The position numbers and the translations under genes are program-made. 64,000 bases of DNA from Leucoraja ocellata (lineage: Eukaryota): assembly GCA_036785375.1 (NCBI GenBank), contig JAWMAR010000076.1:7874001-7938000 (forward strand), read 5' to 3'. Shown here in pieces: positions 24,913 to 38,146 of this stretch. The notes under the pieces were generated by a model. It was given only the letters and a program-made list of their open reading frames with translations, made no database searches and was not told the origin of the DNA. Every line of letters starts with the position of its first letter. The stretch's first letter is position 1.

Positions 24913-24954
24913 AATTCAAGAGATCACCAGGCAGATCCAAACGCCATCTACATG
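24913..24954 (+). CDS. Gene A cytoplasmic exon 2 (first half of ITAM)
   Basis: ttgtAG acceptor, GTAAGA donor; 42 nt, phase 0-0: NSRDHQADPNAIYM. Paralog at 47192-47233. Confidence 0.82.
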
Positions 24955-25044
24955 GTAAGAAAAGTCACATTTAAGACGTTGAAGCGTTTCGATGAGCTCG
25001 AGTTGCTAAGTTGCTGTTTCCAACATTTCTGTGTTTTCTGCTAG

Positions 25045-25087
25045 GATTTACAAAGACCCACTCAGTCCATCTACGGTCATCTCGAAG
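25045..25087 (+). CDS. Gene A cytoplasmic exon 3 (second half of ITAM)
   Basis: ttttctgctAG acceptor, GTACGT donor; 43 nt, phase 0-1: DLQRPTQSIYGHLE. Paralog at 47059-47101. Confidence 0.82.
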
Positions 25088-25117
25088 GTACGTTCCAGTA
25101 ACTGTTGACAATGACTA

Positions 25118-25620
25118 CTATCGGTGGGGGCGCTGCAATGGCGGCAGCCCTGTCAGCAGCGCGTTAGTTTTTTCAACTTTTTTAATTTTTTTTAGTATGT
25201 TTTAAAGTATGTTTTGAATGTTTCTTTGTGTGTTTTGTGTGGAAGGTGGTGTGGGGGGTGAGGGTGAAACCGTTTCGGCCGCCTCCTCCATGGAGAGGCG
25301 ACTTTTTCCAGGTCGCCTCCCCCGTGGCCTAACAGCAAGGATCGGCGCGGCCTTTCCCGGAGACGCACCCGTGGCTCCAGCGGCGGGCGCAGCATGGACT
25401 CTCGGCGTGGCGCAGGTGAGCCCTTGCTGGGGCTCGCTGGGGCTCGCTGGAGGAGAGCGCTCCGTTTCGCTGGCCCGGGGCAGCCGGCAGCCTGAAGCCG
25501 CGCGCGGTCTGCACAGCTCCAGCTGGCGCGGCGACTACAGCCCGGGATCCCTCATGGGGGACCCGGGGGAAGAAGAAGCCATCACTGCCGGCCCGCGGCC
25601 AACTTCTACCGCGGGCGCAG
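25118..25620 (+). repeat. GC-rich interspersed repeat, second copy
   Basis: Matches window positions 1-257. Confidence 0.7.
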
Positions 25621-25629
25621 TGGTGACTT

Positions 25630-27417
25630 ACTTATTCTAAACTGGATTAAATTCATTTCTTTATCATCAATCTACACACAATATCCCATAATAAAAAAGC
25701 AAAAGCAGGTGTTTAGAAAAATTTGCAAAGTAATTGAAAATAAATAACTGAAATATCACATTTACATAAGTGTTCAGATCCTTTAGTACTTTGTTGAGGC
25801 ACCTTTGGCAGCGATTACAGCCATGTCTTCTTGGGTATGATGCTCCAAGCTTGGCACACATGTATTTGGATAATTTCTCCCATTATTCTCTGCAGATCCT
25901 CTCAAGCTCTAACGGTTGGATGGGGAGCATCGGTGCACAGCTATTTTCAGGTCTCTCCAGAGATGTTCGATCGGGTTCAAGTCCGGGCTCTGGTTGGGCG
26001 ACTCAAGGACATTCACAGACTTGTCACGAAGCCACTCCTGCGTTGTCTTGGCTGTGTGCTTGGGGTTGTTGTCCTGTTCAAAGGTAAACCTCCACCCCAG
26101 TCTGAGGTCCAGGACGCTGTGGAGCAGGTTTTCATCAAGGAAATCTCTGTACTTTGTTCCATTCATCTTTCCCTCGATCCTGAATAGTCTCCCAGTTCCT
26201 GCCGCTAAAAAACATCCCCACAGCATGATGCTGCCACCACCATACTTCACGGTAGGTATGGTATTGGGCAGGTGATGAGCAGAGCCTGATTTCCTCCAGA
26301 CATGATGCGTGGCATTCAGGCCAAAGAGTTAAATCTTGGTTTCATCGGTCCAGAGAATCTTGTTTCTCATGCCTTTTGGCAAACTCCAAGCAGGCTGTCA
26401 TGTGCGTTTTACTGAGGAGTGGCTTCCGTCTGACCAATCTATCATATTGGTGGAGTGCTGCAGATATAGTTGTCCTTCTGGAAGGTTCTTCCATCTCCAC
26501 AGAGGAACTCTGGGGATCTGTCAGAGTGACCATCGGGTTCTTGGTCACCTCCCTGACGAAGGCTCTTCTCACCCGATTGCTCAGTTTGGCCGGGCAGCCA
26601 GCTCTATGAAAAGTCCTGGTGGTTCCAAAGTTAAGAATGACTGAGGCCACTGTGCTCTTCGGGACCTGCAATGCTGCAGAGTTTATTTTATACCCTTCCC
26701 AGATCTTTAAGAATAAGGAGTAAGCCATTTAGAACGGAGACGAGGAAACTCTTTTTCTCACAGACAGTGGTGAGTCTGTGGAATTCTCTGCCTCTGGTGG
26801 AGGCAGGTTCTCTGGCTGGTTTCAAGTGAGAGCTAGATAGGGGATGTGGGGAGAAAGCAGGAATGGGCTACTGATTGTGGATGATCAGCCATGATCACAT
26901 TGAATGGCGGTACTGGCTCGAAGGGCCTAATGGCCTTCTCCAGCACATATTATCTATTGTCTATTGTGTCTCGACACAGTTCTGTCTCAGAGGTCTACGG
27001 ACAATTCCTTCATCTTCATGGCTTGGTTTTTGCTCTGAAGTACTGTCAACTGGGGGACCTTATATAGACAGGTGTGTGCCTTTCCAAATCATGTCCAATC
27101 AATTTAATTTACCACTGATGGACTCTAATCTAGTTGTAGAAACATCTCAAGGATAATCAATGGAAACAGGATGAACCTATGCTCAATTTTGAGTGTCAAA
27201 GCAAAGGGTCTAAATACTTATGTAAATGTGATATTTCAGTTATTTATTTTTAAATACTTTGCAAAAATTTCTAAACACCAGTTCTTGCTTCTTCGTTCTG
27301 GGGTATTGTGTGTAGATTGATGATGAAAAAAATGAATTGACTCCATTTTTAAATAAGGCTGTAACATAACAAAATGTGGAAAAAGTGAATGGGTCTGAAT
27401 ACTTTCGGAATGCGCTG
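25630..27417 (-). mobile_element. Degenerate Tc1/mariner element with a CR1 fragment inside (about 26708-26966)
   Basis: [31 protein letters not shown]; long TIRs, left one truncated. Confidence 0.88.
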
Positions 27418-27419
27418 TG

Positions 27420-28030
27420 GAAAATAGGTGTGGGAGTAGGCCATTCGGCCCTTCGAGCCTGCACCGTCATTCAATATGATCATGGTTAATCATCCAACTC
27501 AGTATCCTGTACCTGCCTTCCCTCCATACCCCCTGAACCCTTTAGCCACAAGGGCCACATCTAACTCCCTCTTAAATGTAGCCAATGAACTGGCCTCAAC
27601 TACTTTTTGTGACAGAGAATTCCACAGATTCACCACTCTTTGTGTGAAAAAAAATGTTCTCATCTCGGTCCTAAAAGACTTCCCCCTTATCCTTAAACTG
27701 TGACTCCTCGTTCTGGACATCCCCAACATTGGGAACAATCTTCCTGCATCTAGCCTGTCCAACCCCTTAAGAATTTTGTAAGTTTCTTTAAGATCACCCT
27801 CAATCTTCTAAATTCTAGCGACTTCAAGCCAAGTCTATCCAGTCTTTCTTCATATGAAACTGTGACCCCTGGTTCTGGACTCCCCCAACACCAGGAACAT
27901 TTTTCCTGCATCTAACCTGTCCTATCCCTTAAGAATTGTATATGTTTCTATAAGATTCCCTCACATCCTTCTAGATTCCAGTGAATATAAGCCCAGTCAA
28001 TCCATTCTTTCATCGTATGTCAGTTCTGCC
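27420..28030 (-). mobile_element. CR1 3' fragments
   Basis: ORF 27499-27762 (FFTQRVVNLWNSL). Confidence 0.85.
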
Positions 28031-28790
28031 ATCCCGGGAATTCACCTGACTATGCTGGGCAGAGAGCAGCAACTTGGTCGGGCAGCAAATCTCGAAGGAG
28101 AGGTGCATTGGCTGGAACTTTCATATTTGGAGCGTAGGAGTCTGTGGGGTTGTCTTATTGTGGTGTTCAAGATGATGGGGGACATGGATAAAGTGAATGT
28201 TCACAGTCCTTTACCCATGGTAGAGGATTGTAAAACTAAAGGGTATGCGTTTGAGGTGAGAGGTGAGAACTTTTTGAGGGACCTTTAGAAGCAACTTTTT
28301 CATGCTGACAGTCCATTTCCCAAATGAGTTGCCTGAGAAAGTTGTAGAATCTGATACAATTACGACTTTCAAAGAACATTTGGACAGATATTTGAATAGG
28401 AAGGGTCGAGAGGGCCAAATGCAGGTAAGTGGAATTAGCCCAGAATGACAACTTGGTTGACATGGACAAGGTGGGCTTAAGAGTCTGTTTCCATGCTATA
28501 TAGCTCTGTGACCATGACTGTGACTGTGACTTTAAGATCCCATGGGGCTCAACATTATTCGAGAACAGAGATACATACCATAGATTGGGCCTGTGTTCAG
28601 ACACTCAACGGAACAGTTCGGGCAATGACTGGAACTGATTTGAACTCATGCATTGAAGCACAGAAAGTGCTGTATTATCACTGGGGGTCGGGCAGCATCT
28701 CTGGACAACATGAACAGATGACCCTTCAGACATGCATTCTTCACCATTTTGCTTTGTGTAACTGGGTTTTGTTTAATTTTCTTTAAACAG

Positions 28791-28801
28791 GAAGCAAATA
28801 A
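28791..28801 (+). CDS. Gene A terminal coding exon (GSK-stop)
   Basis: Strong polypyrimidine acceptor ttttgtttaattttctttaaacAG, then (G)GA AGC AAA TAA. The downstream UTR aligns to gene B at about 43400-43480. Confidence 0.65.
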
Positions 28802-28893
28802 GCATCCCACAGCTGAACTGTCTCAGTGTCCTCGTTTAGATGATGGAAGATTGGATGATATCTGCACAGGCAGACACGTCAGACATCTAAAGG

Positions 28894-31800
28894 TATAGAA
28901 ACATAGAAAATAGGTCCAGGAGTAGGCCATTCGGCCCTTCGAGCCTGCACCGTCATTCAATATGACCATGGCTGATCATCCAACTCAGTTACAAATCCCT
29001 GCCTTCTCTCCATACCCCCTGATCCCTTTAGCCACAAGGGCCACATCTAATTCCCTCTTAAATATAACCAATGAACTGGCCATCAACCACCTTCTGTGGC
29101 AGAGAATTCCAGAGATTCACCACTCTCTGTGTAAAAAATGATTTTCTCATCTCGGTCCTAAAAGACTTCCCTTTTATCCTTAAATTGTGACCCCTAGTTC
29201 TGGACTTCCCCAACTGGGAATAATCCTCCTGCATCTAGCCTGTCCAACCCCTTAAGAATTTTGTACATTTAAGATCCCCCCTCAATCTTCTAAATTCTAG
29301 CGTTTACAAGCCAAGTCTATCCAGTCTTTCTTCACGTGAAAGTCCTGCCATCCCAGGAATCAGTCTGGTGAACCTTCTCTGTACTCCCTCTATGGCAAGA
29401 ATGTCTTTCCTCAGATTAGGAGACCAAAACTGTACGCAATACTCCAGGTGTGGTCTCACCAAGACCCTGTACAACTGCAGTAGAACCTCCCTGCTCTTAT
29501 ACTCAAATCCTTTTGCTATGAATGCTAACATACCATTTGCTTTCTTCACTGCCTGCTGCACCTGCATGCCTACTTTCAATGACTGGTGTACCATGACACC
29601 CAGGTCTCGTTGCATCTCCCCTTTTCCTAATTGGCCACCATTCAGATAATAGTCTACTTTCCTGTTTTTGCCACGAAAGTGGATAACCTCACATTTATCC
29701 ACATTATACTGCATCTGCCATGCATTTGCCCACTCACCCAACCTATCCAAGTCACCTTGCAGCCTCCTAGCATCCTCCTCACAGCTAACACTGCCCCCCA
29801 GCTTTGTGTCTTCTGCAAACTTGGAGATGTTGCATTCAATTCCCTCATCCAGATCATTAATATATATTGTAAATAGCTGGGGTCCCAGCACTGAGCCTTG
29901 CGGTACCCCACTAGTCACTGCCTGCCATTCTGAAAAGGGCCCGTTTACTTCTACTCTTTGCTTCCTGTCTGCCAGCCAGTTCTCTATCCACATCAATACT
30001 GAACCCCCAATAACGTGTGCTTTAAGTTTGCATACTAAGCTCTTATGTGGGACCTTGTTGAAAGCCTTCTGGAAGTCCAGATATAGCACATCCACTGGTT
30101 CTCCCTTATCCACTCTACTAATTACATCCTCGAAAAATTCTATGATTCGTCAGACATGATTTACTTTTCATAAATCCATGCTGACTTTGTCCAATGAATT
30201 CACCACTTTCCAAATGTGCTGCTATCCCATCTTTAATAACTGACTCCAGAATTTTCCCCACCACCGATGTTAGACTAACTGGTCTGTAAATCCCCGTTTT
30301 CTCTCTCTCTCCCTGTTTAAAAAGTGGGGTTACATTAGCTACCCTCCAGTCCTCAGGAACTACTCCAGATCTAAAGAGTTTTCAAAAATTATCACTAATG
30401 CATCCACTATTTCTGCGGCTACTTCCTTAAGTACTCTGGGCTGCAACTTATCTGGCCCTGGGGATTTATCGGCCTTTAATCCATTCACTTCACCTAACAC
30501 CACTTCCCGGCTAACCTGGATTTCACTCAGTTCCTCCATCTCATTCAACCCCCGGTCCCTTGCTATTTCCGGCAGATTATTTACGACTTCCTTAGTGAAG
30601 ACAGAACCAAAGCAGTTATTCAATTGGGCTGCCATGTCCTTGTTCCTCATGATCAATCCACCTGTTTCTGACTGCAAGGGACCTACATTTGTTTTAACTA
30701 ATCTTTTCCTCTTCACATATCTATAAAAACTATTGCAGTCAGTTTTTATGTTCCCTGCCAGTTTTCTTTAAAAATCAATTTACCGTTCCTAATTAAGCCT
30801 TTTGTCCTCCTCTGCTGGACTGAATTTCTCCCAGTCCTCTGGCTAATTTGTACGCTTCATCTTTTGTTTTGATTTCCCTTGTTGTCCACGGATGCACTAC
30901 CTTCCCTGATTTATTATTTTTCCAAACTGGGATGAAGAATTGTTGTAGTTCATCCATGCAGTTTTTAAATGCCTTCCATTGCATATCCACCGTCAACCCT
31001 TTAAGAATCAATTGCCAGTTTATCTTGGCCAATTCACGTCTCATACCCTCATAGTCACCTTTCTTTAAGTTCAGGACCCTTGTTTCTGAATTATCAATGT
31101 TACTCTCCATCCTAATGAAGAACTGTAAAGAAGTGATAGCGACACACTGTAACTTTACTTCATTTTATTCATACTGTATTTTATACAGAGAGCACTAGCT
31201 GTACGTGGTCTGTCACGGAAACTAGAGAGCGATATGTGGGTGGGGAGGTTGTAATTATACTTGTGATATGGGGAGTGGTTAGTAGTGATGAGGTAACTAT
31301 ATTAAAGGCACATGCATATCTCATCTACAAGAACACAGCCATATTATCATATAATCATAAGGTTCCTCTTGCCCAAGGGGCCACGCACAACAAGACTGCT
31401 AACTAACTCTTCCTCATTACTCAATACCCAGTCGAGAATAGCCTGTTCTCTCGTTGGTTCCACTACATGTTGGTTTAGAAAACTATCCCGCATACATTCC
31501 AAGAAATCATCTTCCTCAGCATCCCTGCCAATTTGATTCACCCAATCTATATGTAGATTGAAGTCACCCATTATAATTGTTTTACTTTTGATGCACGCAT
31601 TTCTAATTTCCTGTTTGATGCCATCCCCAACTCCACTACTACTGTTAGGTGGCCTGTACACAGCTCCCACTAGCGTTTTCTGCCCCTTAGTGTTTCGAAG
31701 CTCTGCCCATATCGATTCCACATCCTGCAAGCTAATGTCCTTCCTTTCTATTGCGTTAATCTCCTCTCTAACCAGCAACGCTACCCCGCCTCCTTTTCCT

Positions 31801-33549
31801 TTCTGTCTATCCCTCCTGAATATTGAATATCCCTGGATGTTCATCTCCCAGCCTTGGTCACCCTGGAGCCATGTCTCCGTGATCCCAACTATATCATATT
31901 CATTAATAACTATCTGCACATTCAACTCATCCACCTTATTACGAATGCTCCTTGCATTAAGAAACAAAGCCTTCAGGCTTGTTTTTACAACACTCTTACC
32001 TCTTATACAATTATGTTGAAAAGTGGCCCTTTTTGATTTTTGCCCTGGATTTGTCTGACTGCCACTTTTACTTTTCACTATTGCTTCTACCCTCATTTTA
32101 CACCCCTCTGTCTCTCTGCTCTTGCACCCGTCCTCCCACCACATTAGTTTAAATCCTCCCCGACAGCACTAGCAAACACTCCCCCAAGGACATTGGTTCC
32201 GTTCCACCCAGGTGCAGACCGTCCTGTTTGTACTGGTCCCACCTCCCCCAGAACTGGTTCCAATGCCCTAGAAATTTGAATGCCCCCCCCGCACCATTTT
32301 TCAAGCCACGTATTCATCTGCAATATCCTCCTATTTCTACTCTGACTAGCCCGTGGTACTGGTAGTAATACAGAGATTATTACCTTCGAGGCCCTACTTT
32401 TAAGTTTATCTCCTAGCTCCCTAAATTCACCTTGCAGGACCTCATCCCTTTTTTTAATCTATATCGTTAGTGCCAATGTGCACCACGACAACTGGCTGTT
32501 CACCCTCCCCCTCCAGACTGTTCTGCAGCCATTCAGTGACATCCCTGACCCTTACACCAGGGAGGCAACATACCATCCTGGAGTCTCATTTGCGGCCGCA
32601 GAAACACCTATCTATTCCCCTTACAATTGAATCCCCTATTGCTATTGCCCTTCCAATTTTTTTTTCTCCCCTCCTGTGCTGCAGAGCCACCCATGGTGCC
32701 ATAAACTTGGCTGCTGCTGCCTTCCCCTGATGAGCCATATCCCCCAACAGTTTCCAAAATGGTATACCTGTTTAGGAGGGAGATAACCGCAGGGGACTCC
32801 TGCACTACCTGCCTACTGCTTTGCTGGCTAGTGGCCACCTGTTCCCTTTCTGTCCTCTTACCTTTTACCTGCGGTGTGACCAACTCACTGTACGTGCTAT
32901 CCACGACTTTCTCAGCATCGTGGATGCTCTAGTATGAATCCAGCCACAGTTCCAATCGTTCAATGTGGTCTGCCAGGAGCTGCAGCTGTACACACTTCCT
33001 GCAAACGTAGTCACCAGGGACACCGACCATATCCCTGATCTCCCACATGTTGCAGACTGATTAAACCACGGGGTCAATCTCCACTGACATGGCTTACCCC
33101 CAAATTAAATCAACACCCTCACACTATAAAAATCTTTATCCTTTAATCTGTACCTTTACTAATAAATACTGTACCCTTAACCTGAAAGCAGAAAGGCAAT
33201 CCTGGGGTTGCACCCAATCAGCTGCTTCCTCTGGTCCGCTTCCACCAATCAGAGGCTTCCAATCAGACCCCTTCTCTGGAAGTGTGATGGAACGCTGCAG
33301 ATCGGGTAACTCCTCCTCGCACTCGATTTTTAACTCACCGCCCAGGTAACTCCTCCTCTCGCTCCAACGGCTCCTCGGGCCTCTGTGAAAGCAAGCCCCA
33401 AGCTCGATTTTTAACTCACCGCCCAGGTAACTCCTTCTCTCGCTCCAACGGCTCCCTGGGTCTCTGTGAAAGCAAGCCCCAAGCTCGATTTTTAACTAAC
33501 CGCCCAGGTAACTCCTCCTCTCGCTCCAACGGCTCCCTGGGCCTCTGTG
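28894..33549 (-). mobile_element. Near full-length degenerate CR1 LINE (ORF1, APE, RT)
   Basis: RT 29304-30113; APE LNARS/GITETW/GDFN at 31347-32144; ORF1 remnants about 32200-33077; 81-bp tandem repeats 33322-33549 at the 5' end. Confidence 0.9.
31124..31329. mobile_element. Solo LTR inserted in CR1
   Basis: TG..CA, 206 bp, 5-bp TSD AGAAC on both sides; AATAAA on the minus strand. Confidence 0.8.
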
Positions 33550-33595
33550 CCAGAGGTTCCATTCGCTTTATGTATGACCCAAGAGACGTTTATTA

Positions 33596-33824
33596 CAGGG
33601 CCGTCTTAACACATGGGCACGCTGGGCAGTTGCCCGGGGCTCCACGAGCACAGGGGCCACATGCTAATCTATGTATTGTAGAATGTTATTGTAGAACATG
33701 AAAACAGAGAAGAACATCGCAAGTGCATGACGCCATATTTGATTCAGAATAAAGAAACTGGAAATGTAGAGGCCCTAGTGCACTGCTTTGCCCAGTGGCC
33801 TAGAATGATGTTAAGACAGCCCTG
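33596..33824. mobile_element. hAT-like MITE
   Basis: TIR CAGGGCCGTCTTAAC / GTTAAGACAGCCCTG; perfect 8-bp TSD GTTTATTA. Confidence 0.85.
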
Positions 33825-34862
33825 GTTTATTAGAAGGATCATTTGGGATATGTGCAACAAGAAAAAACATCCCTTTCCTCATAATTCTCCCATTGATAGA
33901 AGTATAGGGAAAATAAGTGGTATCTACATTGAAGCTGGTTGATTAGATGGCATGTGTCAGCTAGTTAGTTGCTTCCCAAAGTAAGATAAGAATTTAAAGA
34001 CAATCAAGTATATGGAGACTTTCCAATGGTTGTATAGACTTCCTCGTTATTGTTTACTGCTTTAAAATATTGTATTGATTGTTCAAATTGTTCAATTGCT
34101 TGAATATAGATGTTGCTGCTTTCTAATAAACATGCAGCTTAAACTGTGACGCTATTTTTAAGATAATATAGGAGAGGGCTGAGTGAAATGTTGCATTGTG
34201 GTCTCTCTTAAATATCACCCCTCTCACCTTTAGCCAATGTCCTCGAGTTTTACAATCTGTACCATGAGGAAATAAACTGTGTGTTCACCTTATCCATGCC
34301 TCGTGTCATTTTACATACTTCAGAAATCTCACCCTTAAGCCAATCACCCTTCAGTTTCCTATGCTCCAAAGGAAAAAGGTCGCAGCCAATCCAGCTTCAC
34401 TTTATAACTTAGACCTGCAAGGATCAGTAAAATCCTGGTGAATCTTCTGCACCTTCTCCAACGTTGTGACATCTTTCCAATAACTAGCGACTGGAACTGC
34501 ACACAGTATTCCAAGTGTGGTCTCACCAATAATTTGTACAGAAATATCATGATGTCCCAATTTTTTTATATGGTCAAGAGTACTTTTGTAATGGTTAGGA
34601 GTTTGAAGAAAAAGGCATTGGACAGGTCTAGGCAGCTGGGATCAAGTGTATCCTGGGAGGAGTTTCGGGAACTAAGCTAATAAGGGAAATCTGAAGAGTA
34701 AAAAGGGGACAGGAGATGGCTCTGGTATACAGCACTAAGAATAATCCCTAGAGATATTAAAAGCACATAAAAGGAAAAATAGTAACCAGCAAAAGTGTGG
34801 GGCCCCTCAGGATTCTGTGTGTAGTGGTCAATTCTGTGTGGAGCCACAGGAGATGGGCAAGA

Positions 34863-35906
34863 TAGCAAAGTTACAAAATTTTGAGATTTTAAAAATCAAG
34901 TCTGAAATTTATCCCATCAGATAAAGCATAAAAATAAGTTTAATTTGACGCCTAATTTACTTTCATATCTTCAGTATTAAAAAGGTTATGGCCATTTTCA
35001 TACTCGGAAATTAGCATATTGTTCCCTATTGCTTTTCCATTGACTTAACTCGAAAGCTGTGATCAAGGACACTCAAAAGCCCATAACTTTCTTAAAAATT
35101 AAGAGAACTGAATGAAATTTTCAGTTATTACAGATTGAAGCATTCTGAAACAAATATGAAACAATCTTACTTGGATGTCCTGAAATTAAAGCATATAATT
35201 AGTTAGTTACCTAATTGTAGCTAATTATAAAATTCAATTACTAGATCAAAACATCTATCCATTTCTTAAGAAAAAGTTAACTTTTTTTAAATAGCCCAGG
35301 TGTCCAAATAACATTCACACAAGAACTCACAATATAACATGATTTTTAAATCTCATTGTCATGAATTTATAGGCCAAATGGAAGGAATTTAGTGTTTAAT
35401 GCCCGTAAATTAATGGCCATTTAAATCATCTTGCGAGTGGATTTTTGTGGAACGCGATCGTTTGGAACGTTGCGGTTTGCGGTGAATTTAAACCCCATAT
35501 CGGCAGGAAAAACACTGCTGTTTTGTATGGGGCCTAAATCACCTTTTCACAACGTAAATTTTGGATTAAAGTAATCCTAAGAAGCAAGTTTATATGTAAA
35601 ATAAATGGCTTACCTTTATTTGTCCTGTACGGAAGATCCATCCTGTTGTCGGCATTGACGGCGTTAGAAGTCGATTTTTATTTTACTCCAGCCATTAAAT
35701 TGTCCAGCGATGTTTTAAAACAACTTCAGAGAACGGAAGTCGGAGTGATTTTTCTGCAGCAGCTGAACAGGCTGAGAAAGATCGACTCCGACAGGCAGAA
35801 GAAAATGGTATTTTAATCCTGCCCCCCTCTCAAAGGTGCCAAAGTCGCGCGCACAGCCAGTGGCAGAACTGCAGCGCCGCTGAAGGTAAGTTTTGTAACA
35901 TACCTA
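34863..35906. mobile_element. Non-autonomous DNA transposon interrupting a CR1
   Basis: Imperfect TIR around GTTACAAAA / TTTTGTAAC..CCTA; partial GGCAAG duplication; CR1 sequence continues on both sides. Confidence 0.5.
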
Positions 35907-37470
35907 GGCAAGGTCTTCAACAAGAGTTTTTATCGTGGAGAAAGACAGGAGGATGAGGGATCTTGGGGTAGTCACTGGAAGTGGCTTGAGAGCAGTCAGT
36001 ATTATGGCCAATAGACAATAGACAATAGGTGCAGGAGTAGGCCATTCGGCCCTTCGAGCCTGCACCGCCATTCAATGTGATCATGGCTGATCATCACCAA
36101 TCAGTACCCCGTTCCTGCCTTCTCCCCATATCCCCTGACTCCGCTACCTTTAAGAGCCCTACCTAGCTCTCTCTTGAAATTATCCAGAGAACCGCCCTCT
36201 GAGGCAGAGAATTCCACAGACTCACAACTCTCTGTGAGAAAAAGTGTTTCCTCATCTCCGTTCTATGTGGCCCCTGGTTCTGGACTCCCCCAACATTTGG
36301 AACACGTGGCAGAGGTCGCAGAGGTGCTGAAGGTACCTGAAGCGCATGAAGATAGGCAAATTTCCCGAGTCTGATCAGTTATATCCTCGGGCACTGTGGG
36401 AAACGAGGAGCCCTTGCAGAGACTTATGAATCATTGTTCAATACAGCCAAGTTGCCGGAAGAGTAGAGGGAGGCAAATTATTCTGCCTCTATTCAAGAAG
36501 GGCTGCAGGGAAAAGGCTGGAAACTACAGGCCAGTGAGCTTAACATTTGTGGTTGGAAAGTTACTAGGGAGTATTCTGGGGGATACGATACGATATATAT
36601 ATATCTGCACTTAGATGGGCAGGGGCTGATTTGGGATAGTCAATATGGTTTTGTCCATGGGAGTTCGTGTCGCCCGAATCTGTTTGAGTTATTTGAGGAT
36701 GTGACCAAAAAGGTCGATGAAGGTAGAGCTGTGGACATTGTATACATGCATTTTAGTAAGTCATTTGACAAGGTACCGCATGGTAGGATGCTCGAGAAGC
36801 TTAGATCCAATGGAATTCATGGAGAAATCGATGAATGGATGGGTAATTGACGTCATTGAAAGAAGCAGAGGGTGATGGTAGAGGGTTGTTTTTTCAGACT
36901 GGAGGCCTGTGACTGGTGGTGTGACTCGGGGTTTAATGCTGGGCCCATTGCTGTTTGTCATCTGTATCAATGATTTGTACGAGAACGTGCATGGCATGGT
37001 TAGCTAGTTTGCAGATGACACAAAAGTGGTTGGTATTGTAGATAGTGAACATGGTTATCAAAAGTTGCAGCAGGATCTTGTTGATTGGGCAGGTGGGCTG
37101 AGCAATTGTTGATAGAATTTAATACAGAGAAATGTGAGGTGTTGCATTTGCGAGCACTAACATGGGCAGAATCTACACAGTAAATGGTAGAGCAGAGGGA
37201 TTTAGGAGCACAGGTATATAGGTAATTGAAAGTGGCATTACTGGTAGATAGGGTGGTCAAAAAGGCTTTTGGCACATTTGCCTTCATCAGTTAGAGCCCT
37301 GTATAGAAGTTGGGAGGTCATGTTGTACACGTATAAGACGTTGGTGAGGCTGCATTTAGTGTATTGTCCCCAGTTTTTGTAAACATGTTATGGGAAAGAT
37401 GTTATCAAGCTGAAAATGGGCGCAGAGAAGATTTACGAGGATTTTGCCAGGACTCAAAGATAGCTTGGGA
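35907..37470 (+). mobile_element. Degenerate CR1 RT region (with an antisense CR1 tail near 36010-36300)
   Basis: PLFKKGCREKAGNYRPVSLT, FADD-like motif, many stops. Confidence 0.8.
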
Positions 37471-37929
37471 GTACATAATAATGTTATAGTCTCGATCTCC
37501 CAACCTACTCACTGCGGTAGGTACATTGTACAATTTTATTTGGACTTTCTCTGTGTCTGTAACACTGTATTCTGTACGCTTGATATTTTTGCACTCCCTG
37601 TTGTACTTGTGCCTGGTGTGATTGTACTCATCTGTGGTATGATTTGCATGGATAGCACACAAAACAACGTATTTTCACTCTATCTCAGTACACGGGTTAA
37701 TAATAAACTAATATCAATGCAAATGTGTGTCGGGCCAGGGAGATGGTGTCTGCCAAGGATCTGTTTTGTTGCTGGTTGAATTGTAATGGATCAATTCTGT
37801 GTTTGCCAGCAAACATCTTACTCCAATTAACCTTTGCAAGCTCTTGACTAACACTGTTAAAATTAGCCTTGCCCTAATTTAAAACTTAAATTGTGATCAG
37901 ATCAGTTCTTTTCCATAGCTATTTTAAAA

Positions 37930-38146
37930 TGGTGCGGCACAGTGGCGCAGCAGTAGAGTTGCTGACTTACACTGTTTGCAGTGCTGGAGACCCGGGTTCA
38001 ATCCCGACCACAAGTGCTGTCCCTACGGAGTTTGTACATTCTCCCCGTGACCACATGAGTTTTCTCCGAGATCTTCGGTTTCCTCCCTCACTCCAAAGAC
38101 GTACAGGTTTGTCGGTTAATTGGCTTTGGTTTGCATACTAGGTATA
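37930..38146 (+). mobile_element. tRNA-derived V-SINE (HE1-like); other copies at about 41294-41472, 41900-42185, 46440-46753, 52054-52358
   Basis: A/B-box head (cagtggcgcagc..gggttcaatccc), V-core gagtttgtacattctcccc..ggtttcctccc, (CTAAA)n tails. Confidence 0.75.

Noticed and set aside
33322-33549. Regularly spaced repeats as a CRISPR-like array
   Set aside because: Head-to-tail 81-bp units without unique spacers, at a LINE 5' end in vertebrate DNA.
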